A stretch of DNA of 64,000 nucleotides from the NCBI GenBank assembly GCA_965248695.1, contig CBDFKD010000002.1, positions 3,008,001-3,072,000 of the forward strand, read 5' to 3'. The notes under the pieces were generated by a model, which saw only the letters and a program-made list of their open reading frames with translations, made no database searches and was not told the origin of the DNA. The DNA is from Acidobacteriota bacterium. Its GTDB lineage: Bacteria > Acidobacteriota > UBA890 > WLXD01. The position numbers and the translations under genes are program-made. Positions 41,993 through 51,519 of the stretch are shown piece after piece. The first letter of the stretch is position 1. Every line of letters starts with the position of its first letter.

Positions 41993-42016
41993 CGTTCGTG
42001 GGCAACCGTAGCAGGT

Positions 42017-42793
42017 ATGAGGTCGCTGACTACCGTCGAGGATCCCGTGAGCGCAACCGTGCCATCGACTGGCGCCGCACGCCGCGCCAGCAACGATCTT
42101 GCGTTCGCGCTCCCAGCGTTGATTGCCGCGGCCGTCGGCTTTCGGGTCGCCATCGACCTTCCGTTCGACTACTTGCTGGTCGCGTTCACACTCTACGCGC
42201 TTCAGGGCGCAGCGGTGGTGTGGGCCGCTCCTGCCGAGCTGCCCGTCCCGGGAGTAGGCGTGGCGAACCGCGTCACGCTGGTCCGGTCCACTCTGGTGAT
42301 GCCGGTGGCGGCGCTGACGCCCTACTCGACTGTGCTCGGCGATCGCGCGTACTGGTGCATCATCCTCGCGGGCACGGTGGCGTTGATGCTCGACGGCGTC
42401 GACGGGTGGCTGGCCCGTCGCACCGGCACCTGCACGGATTTCGGCGGCCGCTACGACATGGAGCTTGACGCCTTCTTCATGCTGGCGCTGTCGGTGCTGG
42501 TGTGGAGAAGCAACAAGGTCGGGGCGTGGGTGCTGTTCATCGGCGTGCTCCGTTACCTCTTCGTCGCCGCGGCCCGGGTCTGGCCAGCTCTGCGGCGCGA
42601 GCTGCAACCCAGCTGGCGGCGCAAGACGATCTGTGTTGTCCAGGGCCTGGCGCTGCTCGCTTGCCTGGGCCCGGGCGTTCCGCCCGCCCTGGCGTCGGCG
42701 GGCGCCGCTGGCGCGCTCGTGCTATTGACTTACTCGTTCGCCGTCGACATTCGGCGACTCGTAGCGGACTCATCACGACAAACCGAGGTCTGA
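42017..42793 (+). CDS. CDP-alcohol phosphatidyltransferase family protein
   Basis: ANRVTLVR and DGVDGWLARRTGTCTDFGGRYDMELD signature; the start is 42017 or GTG 42047. Confidence 0.9.
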   Translation: MRSLTTVEDPVSATVPSTGAARRASNDLAFALPALIAAAVGFRVAIDLPFDYLLVAFTLYALQGAAVVWAAPAELPVPGVGVANRVTLVRSTLVMPVAALTPYSTVLGDRAYWCIILAGTVALMLDGVDGWLARRTGTCTDFGGRYDMELDAFFMLALSVLVWRSNKVGAWVLFIGVLRYLFVAAARVWPALRRELQPSWRRKTICVVQGLALLACLGPGVPPALASAGAAGALVLLTYSFAVDIRRLVADSSRQTEV

Positions 42794-42830
42794 AGTTCCA
42801 GTGACCTCGAGAGCGAGGCAAAGAGGAACG

Positions 42831-43655
42831 ATGGGCACTCTAGAGGGCAAGGTGGCGCTGGTCTCGGGAAGCGGGCGAGGCATCGGCAGGTCGATCGCCT
42901 GTAAGCTCGCAAGCGAGGGCGCGCGCGTGGTCGTGAACGATCTCGACGAGGGGCCCGCCCTGGAGACCGTGGCGCAGATCCAGACCGCTGGAGGGCAGGC
43001 AGTAGCGTGCATCGGCAACGTCACCGACGACGACTTCGGCGAACGCTTCGTGGCGACGGCGGTCGACACCTACGACGGGCTCGACATCATCGTTAACAAT
43101 GCCGGCTACACATGGGACGGCGTCATCCAGAAGATGATCGATGAGCAGTGGGAGGCGATCCTCGAGGTTCATCTGACGGCGCCGTTTCGCATCCTGCGAG
43201 CCGCTGCGGAGTACATCCGACCGAACGCCAAGGCCGAGGCCGCGGCTGGGGCCGAGGTGCACCGGAAGGTGGTGAACATCTCCTCGATCGCCGGCACCGG
43301 GGGCGGCGCCGGACAGGCCAACTACTCCACCGCCAAGGCCGGCATCCTCGGCCTGACACGGGCCATGGCCAAGGAATGGGGGCGCTATAAGGTCAACGTC
43401 AACGCGGTGGCATTCGGGCTGATCTCCACGCGGCTGACGAAGCCATGGGGCGACGAGGATGCCCAGATCGAGATCGATGGGCGCACGATCAAGGCCGGTG
43501 CGAACCGGCAACTACTTGAAGCCGCTCCGCAGTTGATCCCGCTGGGACGGCCGGGGACCCCCGAGGAGGCCGCCGGCGCCGTCTATCTGCTGTGCACCCC
43601 GGATTCAAACTACATCACCGGCCAGCTGCTGATCTGCGGCGGTGGGCTCGTATAG
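42831..43655 (+). CDS. SDR family (3-oxoacyl reductase-like)
   Basis: SGSGRGIG, NNAG and YSTAK. Confidence 0.92.
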   Translation: MGTLEGKVALVSGSGRGIGRSIACKLASEGARVVVNDLDEGPALETVAQIQTAGGQAVACIGNVTDDDFGERFVATAVDTYDGLDIIVNNAGYTWDGVIQKMIDEQWEAILEVHLTAPFRILRAAAEYIRPNAKAEAAAGAEVHRKVVNISSIAGTGGGAGQANYSTAKAGILGLTRAMAKEWGRYKVNVNAVAFGLISTRLTKPWGDEDAQIEIDGRTIKAGANRQLLEAAPQLIPLGRPGTPEEAAGAVYLLCTPDSNYITGQLLICGGGLV

Positions 43656-43715
43656 AGAGCCACGCCAGGCGACTCGACGAACAAGACTTAGGTACGGCGA
43701 GACAGCTGAAGCAGG

Positions 43716-45149
43716 CTACTCTCCCTCGCCCTCCATCGCCTCCACCGCGACAGCGCGCCGCGCGACGATCTCGTCGTACTCCTCCTGCGACATGTACGTC
43801 AGGTCGACCCACGCGTGCGCCATCTCGTCGACGGTACGATCGCCCCAGCCAACCCATTGCTCGTGATCGGGGTTGTTGGGGTTGTCGACCGTATTGTCGT
43901 GCCAGGCGGTGATCTTGATGATCGTGCCGGCGGGCACGACCGGGGCAACGTGGTCGGCGTAGATGTAGTTGACGTGCCAGTTCCACTGGAAGTTGTCGAC
44001 CTGGCTGAGGACCTCCTCGCGCCCATCGGGATAGATGGCCGTCATCTGCATGGCCTTGCCGCGCATGTGCATGTGCGGCTGGAAATTCTCCAGTCGCGCC
44101 GGCCACTTGATCGTGTGGAGTTGCTGGGTCACGGCAATCTCGCCGGGGGAAATGTCGATGCCGGTATCACCGCGCGCGTCCCAGAACTGCAGCCGCGTGC
44201 GGTTCCAGGGTTTGTTGTCCTTATCGTAGAACCACATCCCGATCTCGACCTGGCTGTCCTCCACCTGCTTTCCCATGGCGTGCATGTGGACCTCCCAGCG
44301 GATGCTCGAGCCGGGGAGCATCACCTTGCCGGCGCCGTCCGGAAAGATCTCTCCTGTCTTACCGACTGCCCACTCCATGAACAAACCGGGACCGCCCATG
44401 GCACTGCGACTGGTCGCCACTACCGGACCCGTGCTCATGGGTCCCGCTTCTTCGTCCTGCTCTAGAAACGCCAGCACGTGGTGGGTGATGGTAAGGGCGT
44501 CGTTGCCGACCGGGCGGATCTCGATCGCCTTCACCCAGCGCGGCTCGGTGAGGCCGGTCGGCGTCACCGGGCGGAACCACTTGTCCTGCGTCACCGCCTC
44601 CAGCGTGTAGGGCTCGGAGGCCACGATCAGGTCGGGCTCGCGACCGAAGGTGTCGAGTAGCTGCCACGAGTTGGGATCGGGAAAATCGGCCGGCGGCGGC
44701 AGGTCGGCAGCATCGCCCAGGGGGGCGCCGGCGTCGACCCACGCAACGATCGTATCGATTTGCTCGGCGTTTAGGCCCGTGTCGTTCTTGAACTCCTTGA
44801 TGCCGATGCTGCGGTTGATGTGCCAGGGAGGCATGACCCGGTTCTGGACCTTCGCCTTGATCATGGGCGCGTACGTGCGCGCCTCTTCGTAGGTCAGCAG
44901 CGACATCGGCGCGATGGACCCGGGCTGGTGGCATGCCTGGCACTTGGCGCGAAAGATCGGCGCGACGTGCTTGGCGAAGGTGACTGCGTCCGGGACCTCG
45001 TCAGCCCGCGGCAGCGCCGCCGCCAGGGGACCTGTCGAGTCGGCCTGAGCAAGTACCGCGCTGGGGATGACCGCGGTTGCCATGATCGCCATCACGATGC
45101 ACGAGCCCGCCCAGGTCCGACCACGGCTCGAAATCACTGTTTTCATCAT
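43716..45149 (-). CDS. Secreted cytochrome c + copper type II (PHM/DBH-like) monooxygenase-domain protein
   Basis: Signal peptide; CQACH; ITHH, EVHMH, QPHMHMRG and DEM. Confidence 0.8.
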   Translation of the reverse strand: MMKTVISSRGRTWAGSCIVMAIMATAVIPSAVLAQADSTGPLAAALPRADEVPDAVTFAKHVAPIFRAKCQACHQPGSIAPMSLLTYEEARTYAPMIKAKVQNRVMPPWHINRSIGIKEFKNDTGLNAEQIDTIVAWVDAGAPLGDAADLPPPADFPDPNSWQLLDTFGREPDLIVASEPYTLEAVTQDKWFRPVTPTGLTEPRWVKAIEIRPVGNDALTITHHVLAFLEQDEEAGPMSTGPVVATSRSAMGGPGLFMEWAVGKTGEIFPDGAGKVMLPGSSIRWEVHMHAMGKQVEDSQVEIGMWFYDKDNKPWNRTRLQFWDARGDTGIDISPGEIAVTQQLHTIKWPARLENFQPHMHMRGKAMQMTAIYPDGREEVLSQVDNFQWNWHVNYIYADHVAPVVPAGTIIKITAWHDNTVDNPNNPDHEQWVGWGDRTVDEMAHAWVDLTYMSQEEYDEIVARRAVAVEAMEGEGE

Positions 45150-45162
45150 GCTTCTCCCGTTC

Positions 45163-46011
45163 TTATTCGATGACGGTCACTTTGACGAATCCGTTGCTCC
45201 AGCAGCACTGGGCGTGGCCCGCGCTGGCGACCCCGGAGGAATCGTTGGCTCGTACTCGGAGCACATACTCACCGGGGGTCGCGAAAACCACCGTCGTGGT
45301 CGTCTCGCCGCCGGCCGCCGGCACCTCGGCAGTGGTCTCACTGAACATCACGTCGCCGGGCCCCTGATGCTTGAACCAGGTCAGGGTGACCGGCATCCCC
45401 GCTTCTCCGAACCGCTGCACGCTACCCCGGCCCCTGCCGTCGTCGCGCGCGGCCACCATGACGCGCAGCGGCTGGGCAAGAGTCGCGGTGAGGGCCTCGC
45501 CCGTGACACCGCCCGGTCCTGCGCCCTCGCGGTCGCCGAATCGAAGCACGGGCGGCGTGTTGCCTGAATCGACCTCACCGTCGAGCGCGTCGATCTTCCA
45601 GTCCGTTTTCAGGTGCCCCGGTATCGAAAAGGTCTCGCCGCGGTTCTTGAGCGTCCAGTAAACCTTGGCGTCGCCGAAATCCGCCGGAACGCTCACGGTG
45701 AACACGCCCCAGTGTTGCCGCGCGTGGAAACGGGTCGGCTGATCGCCATCGAACTCGGCCGGCTCCATGAAGTTGTCGGGTCCGAGCGGAATCTCGAGGA
45801 TCTCCTCGGTGTTGCGGTTGTAGTAGCCGAAGGAAAGCGCGTACGTACCGTCTGGGTTCTCGTACCAGCCCTCGAACGACGGCGTGACGGTCGATCCGGC
45901 CCCGGTCGACGGCGCAAACGGCAACTGCGGTATCGGCGCCGAGCCCATGGCGGCACTCGCGCCGATCAGGGCACAGGTCGCCGCGACGGCGACCACGGTC
46001 GGTTTGCGCAT
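45163..46011 (-). CDS. Conserved secreted hypothetical protein (Ig/PKD-like C-terminus, terminal QCCW)
   Basis: Signal peptide; FEGWYENPDG, FGYYNRN, PGEYVLRVRAND and QCCWSN. Confidence 0.72.
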   Translation of the reverse strand: MRKPTVVAVAATCALIGASAAMGSAPIPQLPFAPSTGAGSTVTPSFEGWYENPDGTYALSFGYYNRNTEEILEIPLGPDNFMEPAEFDGDQPTRFHARQHWGVFTVSVPADFGDAKVYWTLKNRGETFSIPGHLKTDWKIDALDGEVDSGNTPPVLRFGDREGAGPGGVTGEALTATLAQPLRVMVAARDDGRGRGSVQRFGEAGMPVTLTWFKHQGPGDVMFSETTAEVPAAGGETTTTVVFATPGEYVLRVRANDSSGVASAGHAQCCWSNGFVKVTVIE

Positions 46012-46118
46012 GGTTCTCCTGAAAGCTCACCCGGCGTGCCGCGACCACCGCGAAAGCGGCACGCGCACAGCTATACCTCGGAGGGTCATCGGTCCGGCAC
46101 GGGAAGTCAATAGGCGCC

Positions 46119-48071
46119 TCACTCCAACGCCAGCGCCACCAGCTCACCGGCATGCCCGGTGGCGCCGACGGCGAGCACGATGTACTGCTTGCCCTCGTGC
46201 ATGTAGGTGATGGGCACACCGCTTTGGTTCGCCGGCAGCTCGATCTCCGCCAGGACCTCGCCGGTGAGCTTGTCGTAGGCGCGCAGCTTGTTGCCGCCGG
46301 CCCCGAAGCCCCCGAACAGACCTGCGCCTTCGCCGACGAAAAGCAGCGTCTTGGTAACCAGCGGCGCGCCGTGATCGGGGCGGCCAGTCGGCGGGATATC
46401 CAGTCCACGGAGCGCCGGATGCTCGCGCACGTAGTCCGGAGTCTCGCCATTGGGTCGCATCCAGGTGTGCTCGCCGGTGTTCAGATCGATGGCCGTGATA
46501 CGGCCCCACGGCGGCTTGAGCAACGGCAGACCGCGCGGCCCTCCTCCCTCGGGTAGTCGTATGCCGGTCCCTATCACGTACCGCATGTTGGAGGTGTCGG
46601 GGTCGGTCCACAGCCCGTAAACACTGGGCCTGGTAATCGAGCTGACGTAGAGAATGCCGCTCTCCGGATCCGCCGCCGCGCTGGGCCAGTTGGCGCCGCC
46701 AACGCTTCCCGGTACCGCCAGGGTTCCCTTCGTTCCGCCCTCTTCGATCAACGATGGCGGCGTGAACAGCGGTCCGAGACGAAAGCTCGCCGCCTGCTCC
46801 TTGGCCTCCTCGAAGAGCTCGGGAGTGAAGTCGATCAGGTCGTCGATCGTCACCCCCTGCCGGTCGAACGGCGCCGGCCTGGTCGGAAACGGCTGCGTCG
46901 CCGCGGTGCGCTCGCCTGGAACGTCGGTCTGCCCGACGGGGCGATCCTCGATCGGCCACACCGGTTGACCGGTGACACGGTCGAACACGAAGGTGAACGC
47001 CTGCTTGGTGACCTGAGCGACCGCCTTGATCAGGCGTCCGTCGACGTCGATGTCGAGAAGGATCGGGGCCGCGGGCAGATCGTAGTCCCAGATCCCATGA
47101 CGGACCGTCTGGAAGTGCCACACGCGCTCACCGGTGCGGGCGTCCAGACACACGAGGCTCTGTGAGAAGAGGTTGTCACCGGGACGGTGACCGCCGTAGT
47201 AGTCGCCGGTCGGGGCCTCCAGCGGCAGATAGAGGTAGCCGAGCTCGAGATCAGCGGAGAACGTCGTCCATACGCCAGCGTTCCCCGTGTAGCTGGAGGA
47301 TCCCTCGTCCCAGGTCTCGTGACCGAACTCGCCGGGCTCGGGGATCGTGTGGAAGATCCACAGGCGCTCGCCGGTACGAACGTCATAGCCGCGGATATGG
47401 CCGGCCGGCATCTCCTTGGTAGGGGGCCTGCTACCGGACGGAAAGGCCGCGCCGACGACGACCACGTCACCGACTACGACCGCCGGCGAGCTCGACCCGA
47501 TGGTGGCCGTGTCGATGTCGAAATCGCGGTCAAGCTCGCGCCTCAGGTCCACCGTGCCGTCGACGCCGAAGTCCGGCAACCGCCTGCCCGTCTTGGCGCT
47601 CAGCGCCACCAGGTGGTAGGCCGGCGTGATCAGAAAGATGGTCTCTTGATCGCCGTTCGACCAGTAAGCGACCCCGCGCCCCGAATTGGGACGCGGCGCG
47701 GTCCCACCGCGCCGCCCTTCGTCCATGCGGTACGCCCACAGCGTCTCGCCGGTGGCGGCATCGATCGCGACCACTGCGCGCCGGGTTCCCGCCGTCGCGT
47801 AGAGCACGCCGTTCACCATGAGCGGCGTCGTGCGGTAGTTGAACTCCGGTCGCGGGCCGAAGTTGTCGGCTTTCCACCGCCAGACGATCTGGAGATCGTT
47901 CACGTTGTCGCGATCGATCTGATCGAGTGGCGCATATCTGGTGCTCGCCGCGTCGCCGCCGTAGTAGTGCCACCCGACCTCGCCGTCACCGGACTGCGCG
48001 ACACCGGTCGCGGCGCTGGCAAGGGCCGCCATCATCACCAGGCCAACGCGAGTCGCCTGCGCGCTCATCAC
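46119..48071 (-). CDS. PQQ-dependent dehydrogenase (glucose/quinate-type beta-propeller), secreted
   Basis: RYAPLDQID, TPLMVNG, WHFQTVRHGIWDYD, GGANW and KPPWG. Confidence 0.92.
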   Translation of the reverse strand: MMSAQATRVGLVMMAALASAATGVAQSGDGEVGWHYYGGDAASTRYAPLDQIDRDNVNDLQIVWRWKADNFGPRPEFNYRTTPLMVNGVLYATAGTRRAVVAIDAATGETLWAYRMDEGRRGGTAPRPNSGRGVAYWSNGDQETIFLITPAYHLVALSAKTGRRLPDFGVDGTVDLRRELDRDFDIDTATIGSSSPAVVVGDVVVVGAAFPSGSRPPTKEMPAGHIRGYDVRTGERLWIFHTIPEPGEFGHETWDEGSSSYTGNAGVWTTFSADLELGYLYLPLEAPTGDYYGGHRPGDNLFSQSLVCLDARTGERVWHFQTVRHGIWDYDLPAAPILLDIDVDGRLIKAVAQVTKQAFTFVFDRVTGQPVWPIEDRPVGQTDVPGERTAATQPFPTRPAPFDRQGVTIDDLIDFTPELFEEAKEQAASFRLGPLFTPPSLIEEGGTKGTLAVPGSVGGANWPSAAADPESGILYVSSITRPSVYGLWTDPDTSNMRYVIGTGIRLPEGGGPRGLPLLKPPWGRITAIDLNTGEHTWMRPNGETPDYVREHPALRGLDIPPTGRPDHGAPLVTKTLLFVGEGAGLFGGFGAGGNKLRAYDKLTGEVLAEIELPANQSGVPITYMHEGKQYIVLAVGATGHAGELVALALE

Positions 48072-48514
48072 TGGGCGGCAGCAGCGGTGAGACGGATCTC
48101 GAACAACGCCTCCTGATCCGGAGCCAGCTCCTCGTCCCCTGCCGGCATGCGGTTGGCGCGCAGCATCATCGCTATGAGGTCGACCGTCTCGCGACCTGAC
48201 AAGCGGCCCGGATCGTCCTCCGGCATGGTCTCTTGAATGATCGCGTACAGGATGCCGAGGGATTCCTCACGCCAGTACTGCATGAAGTCCCGGCCCATGA
48301 GGCTGATGGAGGTTTCACCACCACGCAGGTCGACCCCGTGACAGGTACCGCATTCACGCTCGTACGTACGCAGACCTCGCTCGGCTTGCTCGTCGGTGTA
48401 GACACCGTCCTCGGCGCTGACCTGCGGCATCCCGGTGATCGTCACGTCCGCGGCCAGCGTCGCCCCGGCAAGGGCGAGCGTGCCAGCCAGCGCGCTCAGC
48501 ACCGTCTTCGTCAC
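48068..48514 (-). CDS. Class I cytochrome c
   Basis: GVYTDEQAERG, CGTCHG and distal TMP; its stop overlaps the PQQ dehydrogenase start. GTG start at 48514. Confidence 0.88.
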   Translation of the reverse strand: MTKTVLSALAGTLALAGATLAADVTITGMPQVSAEDGVYTDEQAERGLRTYERECGTCHGVDLRGGETSISLMGRDFMQYWREESLGILYAIIQETMPEDDPGRLSGRETVDLIAMMLRANRMPAGDEELAPDQEALFEIRLTAAAAQ

Positions 48515-48727
48515 CTGCGTCGTCTCCGATTCGGATGGCGGCAATCCGCCAACTCCGATGCCAAACCCGGAAACACTACCCTACTGCGCCGCGGGGCCGG
48601 TAGACGATCCGGCTCGCCGTCGAGTTCACCAACGCCGATGCCTTCGAGGCCGAGCGCGCCTCGACAACAGGACGCCGACACACCGATCCGACTCGAAAGA
48701 AGTAGCGTTGGAGTCGGAGATGATGCC

Positions 48728-49675
48728 GTGAGAATCACCGAGCGAATCGCGACCGCGACCGAGCCCTTCTTCAGCTTCGAGCTGCTGCCGCCGCTGCGCG
48801 GCGGGACCATCGCGCCCTTGCTGGAGACCGTCGAGGCACTGCTGCCCTATCGCCCCGCCTTCATCGACGTCACCAGCCATGCTGGCGTGGTGACTTATGA
48901 AGAGAGCCCCGACGGGCTACAGCGACATATTGTCCGCCGTCGACCCGGGACACTCGCCGCCAGCACGCTGATTCAGCACAAGTACGGCATCGCCACCGTC
49001 CCGCATGTCGTATGCAAGGGGTTCACGTGTCAGGAGACCGAGGACTTCCTCATCGACGCGAGCTATGTCGGAATCGAAACCCTGCTGGCGATAGCAGGTG
49101 ACGATCACGGCTACGACAAGCCGCTTACCGACAACCGAACCCGCAACGAGAACGCCCTCGAGCTCGTGCAGCAGATCCGTGCTCTCGGCGCTGGTAAGTA
49201 CGTCTCAACGCCGCGTGAGGGAGCACCTATCGGGTTCGAGGTCGGCGTCGCCGGCTACCCGGAAAAGCACATCCAGAGCCCCAACATGGAATCCGACGTC
49301 CGCTGGCTGAAGCGCAAGCTCGATGCTGGCGCCGATTACGTCGTCACTCAGATGTTCTTCAACAACCAGAGCTATCACGACTTCGTCCAGCTGTGTCGCG
49401 ACACGGGGATCGACGCGCCGATCATCCCGGCGTTGAAAGTCCTGACCGCCAAGCGGCAGCTGACGATGCTGCCGAAGACGTTCTTCATCCACCTGCCCCC
49501 GGAGCTCGTGGACGCGGTGGAATCCGCAGCCGACGACGAGGTGCCCGAAGTCGGTATCGAATGGGCCCGGCGACAGATCGAGGATCTGCTGATCCACGAC
49601 GCCCCGGCGATCCATCTGTACGTGATGCAGAACCCACGCCCGACGCTGCGACTGCTGGAGATGCTGCGGCGCTGA
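48728..49675 (+). CDS. metF: Methylenetetrahydrofolate reductase
   Basis: FSFELLPP, VAGYPEKH, GADYVVTQMFF and IHLY; GTG start after GGAG. Confidence 0.92.
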   Translation: MRITERIATATEPFFSFELLPPLRGGTIAPLLETVEALLPYRPAFIDVTSHAGVVTYEESPDGLQRHIVRRRPGTLAASTLIQHKYGIATVPHVVCKGFTCQETEDFLIDASYVGIETLLAIAGDDHGYDKPLTDNRTRNENALELVQQIRALGAGKYVSTPREGAPIGFEVGVAGYPEKHIQSPNMESDVRWLKRKLDAGADYVVTQMFFNNQSYHDFVQLCRDTGIDAPIIPALKVLTAKRQLTMLPKTFFIHLPPELVDAVESAADDEVPEVGIEWARRQIEDLLIHDAPAIHLYVMQNPRPTLRLLEMLRR

Positions 49676-49765
49676 CGTCACCGGACGGTGCGTCTCGCGA
49701 CCGCTCACCGGCCGGCCGGCTGTCGCGGCCGCGTCAACCACTTCCCGGCTTGATAGAGTCGGCCG

Positions 49766-51451
49766 GTGGTCGAGCACACGCCGAGCAAGGAACAAACCTG
49801 GGACGTCATCATCGTCGGTGGCGGCTCAGCCGGCTGCGTCCTGGCCAACCGCCTCAGCGACGACCCCACGATCCGCGTGCTGATGCTCGAAGCGGGACCG
49901 GTGGACCACGGTTGGGATTTCCGCCTCCACATGCCCGCCGCCCTGGCCTGGCCGCTGGCCGGGCGTACGTACAACTGGTGGTACGAGTCCGATCCGGAGC
50001 CCGGCATGGGCGGTCGTCGTATCTACCAGCCTCGCGGCAAGGTGCTCGGCGGCTCCAGCTCGATCAACGGCATGGTCTGGATTCGCGGCAACCCGCTCGA
50101 CTTCGACCGATGGGGGAGCGAACCGGGGCTGGCAAGCTGGGACTTCGCCCACTGTCTGCCCTACTTCCGGCGCCTGGAGCAGCGGCTCGCCGGCGGCGAC
50201 GAGTACCGCGGCGACACCGGCCCGGTGTATGTGACAACGCCGCGTGGCGGCAACCCCCTCGGGGCGGCCTTCCTCGCTGCGGCACAACAGGCCGGGCACG
50301 CGCTCAGCGACGATGTGAACGGCTACCGGCAAGAGGGCTTCTCGACCTTCGATCGCACTACCTACCGCGGCCGCCGCTGGAGTGCGGCGCGCGCCTACTA
50401 CCATCCCGTCAGGCGACGCCAGAATCTGACCCTCAAGAGTGGGGCGCTGACGACGCGCATCCTCTTCGAGGGGCGCCGCGCGGTGGGAGTGGTGTATCGG
50501 AGCGGCGGCCGCCAACACACCGCTCACGGCAGCGAGATCATCTGCTGCGGTGGCGCCATCAACTCGCCCCAGTTGCTGCAGCTCTCGGGCGTCGGTTCCG
50601 CCGAGCGTCTGCAGGCGCTCGGGATCGAGGTGGTCCAGGATCTACCCGGCGTCGGCGAGGATCTCCAGGACCATCTGGAGGTCTACGTACAGTACGCCTG
50701 CACGCAGCCGGTGAGCCTGTACCCGGCGCTGGCCTGGTGGCGACAGCCATGGATAGGCGCCAAGTGGCTCTTCGGCCGCAGCGGCATCGGGGCCAGCAAC
50801 CAGTTCGAGGGCGGCGGCTTCATCCGCAGCAACGACAACGTGGACATTCCGAACGTGCAGTTTCACTTTCTTCCCATCGCCATCCGCTACGACGGCTTAG
50901 CCCCCAACCCCGGCCATGGCTATCAGGTTCACGTCGGACCGACGCTCTCCGACGCTCGTGGGTGGGTGCGGATCCGTTCCTCGGATCCCGACGAGCACCC
51001 TTCGATCCGCTTCAACTACCTCTCCACGGAGCAGGACCGGCGCGAGTGGGTCGAGTCGGTCCGCTGCGCGCGCGACATCATGACCCAGCCGGCGTTCGAG
51101 CCGTTCCGCGGCGCGGAGCTCGTGCCCGGCGATGACGTCGAGACGGACGAGGAAATCCTCGACTTCGTCGCTCGCGACGGTGAGAGCGCCTACCACCCCA
51201 GCTGCACCTGCCGAATGGGCACGGACCCCGATGCCGTGACCGACGCCGAGCTACGAGTGCGTGGCCTGGAGGGACTTCGCGTCGTCGACGCCTCGATCAT
51301 GCCTTCGATCACCAACGGCAACATCTACGCGCCGGTGCTGATGATCGCCGAGAAGGCCGCCGACATCATCCGCGGTGATACGGCTCTGGATCCCTCGACT
51401 GCCCGGTTCTACCGGCATGAAGTGGCCCCCGAGCCCCGGGCGTCGTCGTAG
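49766..51451 (+). CDS. betA: Choline dehydrogenase (GMC oxidoreductase)
   Basis: GGGSAG, RGKVLGGSSSINGM, LQDHLEVYVQY, FHFLPIAIRY, AYHPSCTCRMG and TNGN. Confidence 0.9.
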   Translation: MVEHTPSKEQTWDVIIVGGGSAGCVLANRLSDDPTIRVLMLEAGPVDHGWDFRLHMPAALAWPLAGRTYNWWYESDPEPGMGGRRIYQPRGKVLGGSSSINGMVWIRGNPLDFDRWGSEPGLASWDFAHCLPYFRRLEQRLAGGDEYRGDTGPVYVTTPRGGNPLGAAFLAAAQQAGHALSDDVNGYRQEGFSTFDRTTYRGRRWSAARAYYHPVRRRQNLTLKSGALTTRILFEGRRAVGVVYRSGGRQHTAHGSEIICCGGAINSPQLLQLSGVGSAERLQALGIEVVQDLPGVGEDLQDHLEVYVQYACTQPVSLYPALAWWRQPWIGAKWLFGRSGIGASNQFEGGGFIRSNDNVDIPNVQFHFLPIAIRYDGLAPNPGHGYQVHVGPTLSDARGWVRIRSSDPDEHPSIRFNYLSTEQDRREWVESVRCARDIMTQPAFEPFRGAELVPGDDVETDEEILDFVARDGESAYHPSCTCRMGTDPDAVTDAELRVRGLEGLRVVDASIMPSITNGNIYAPVLMIAEKAADIIRGDTALDPSTARFYRHEVAPEPRASS

Positions 51452-51519
51452 GCCTGCGGTCGGCGAGCACCGCGGAAGCCCTATGCTTCCGGCAGGTCTT
51501 CGCGTGGGCGCCTCAGACG

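Noticed and set aside
40487-42016. 768-aa ORF 40487-42793 as one large protein
   Set aside because: The first ~510 codons are antisense to the PTPS and dehydrogenase genes; only the C-terminal CDP-alcohol phosphotransferase is credible.
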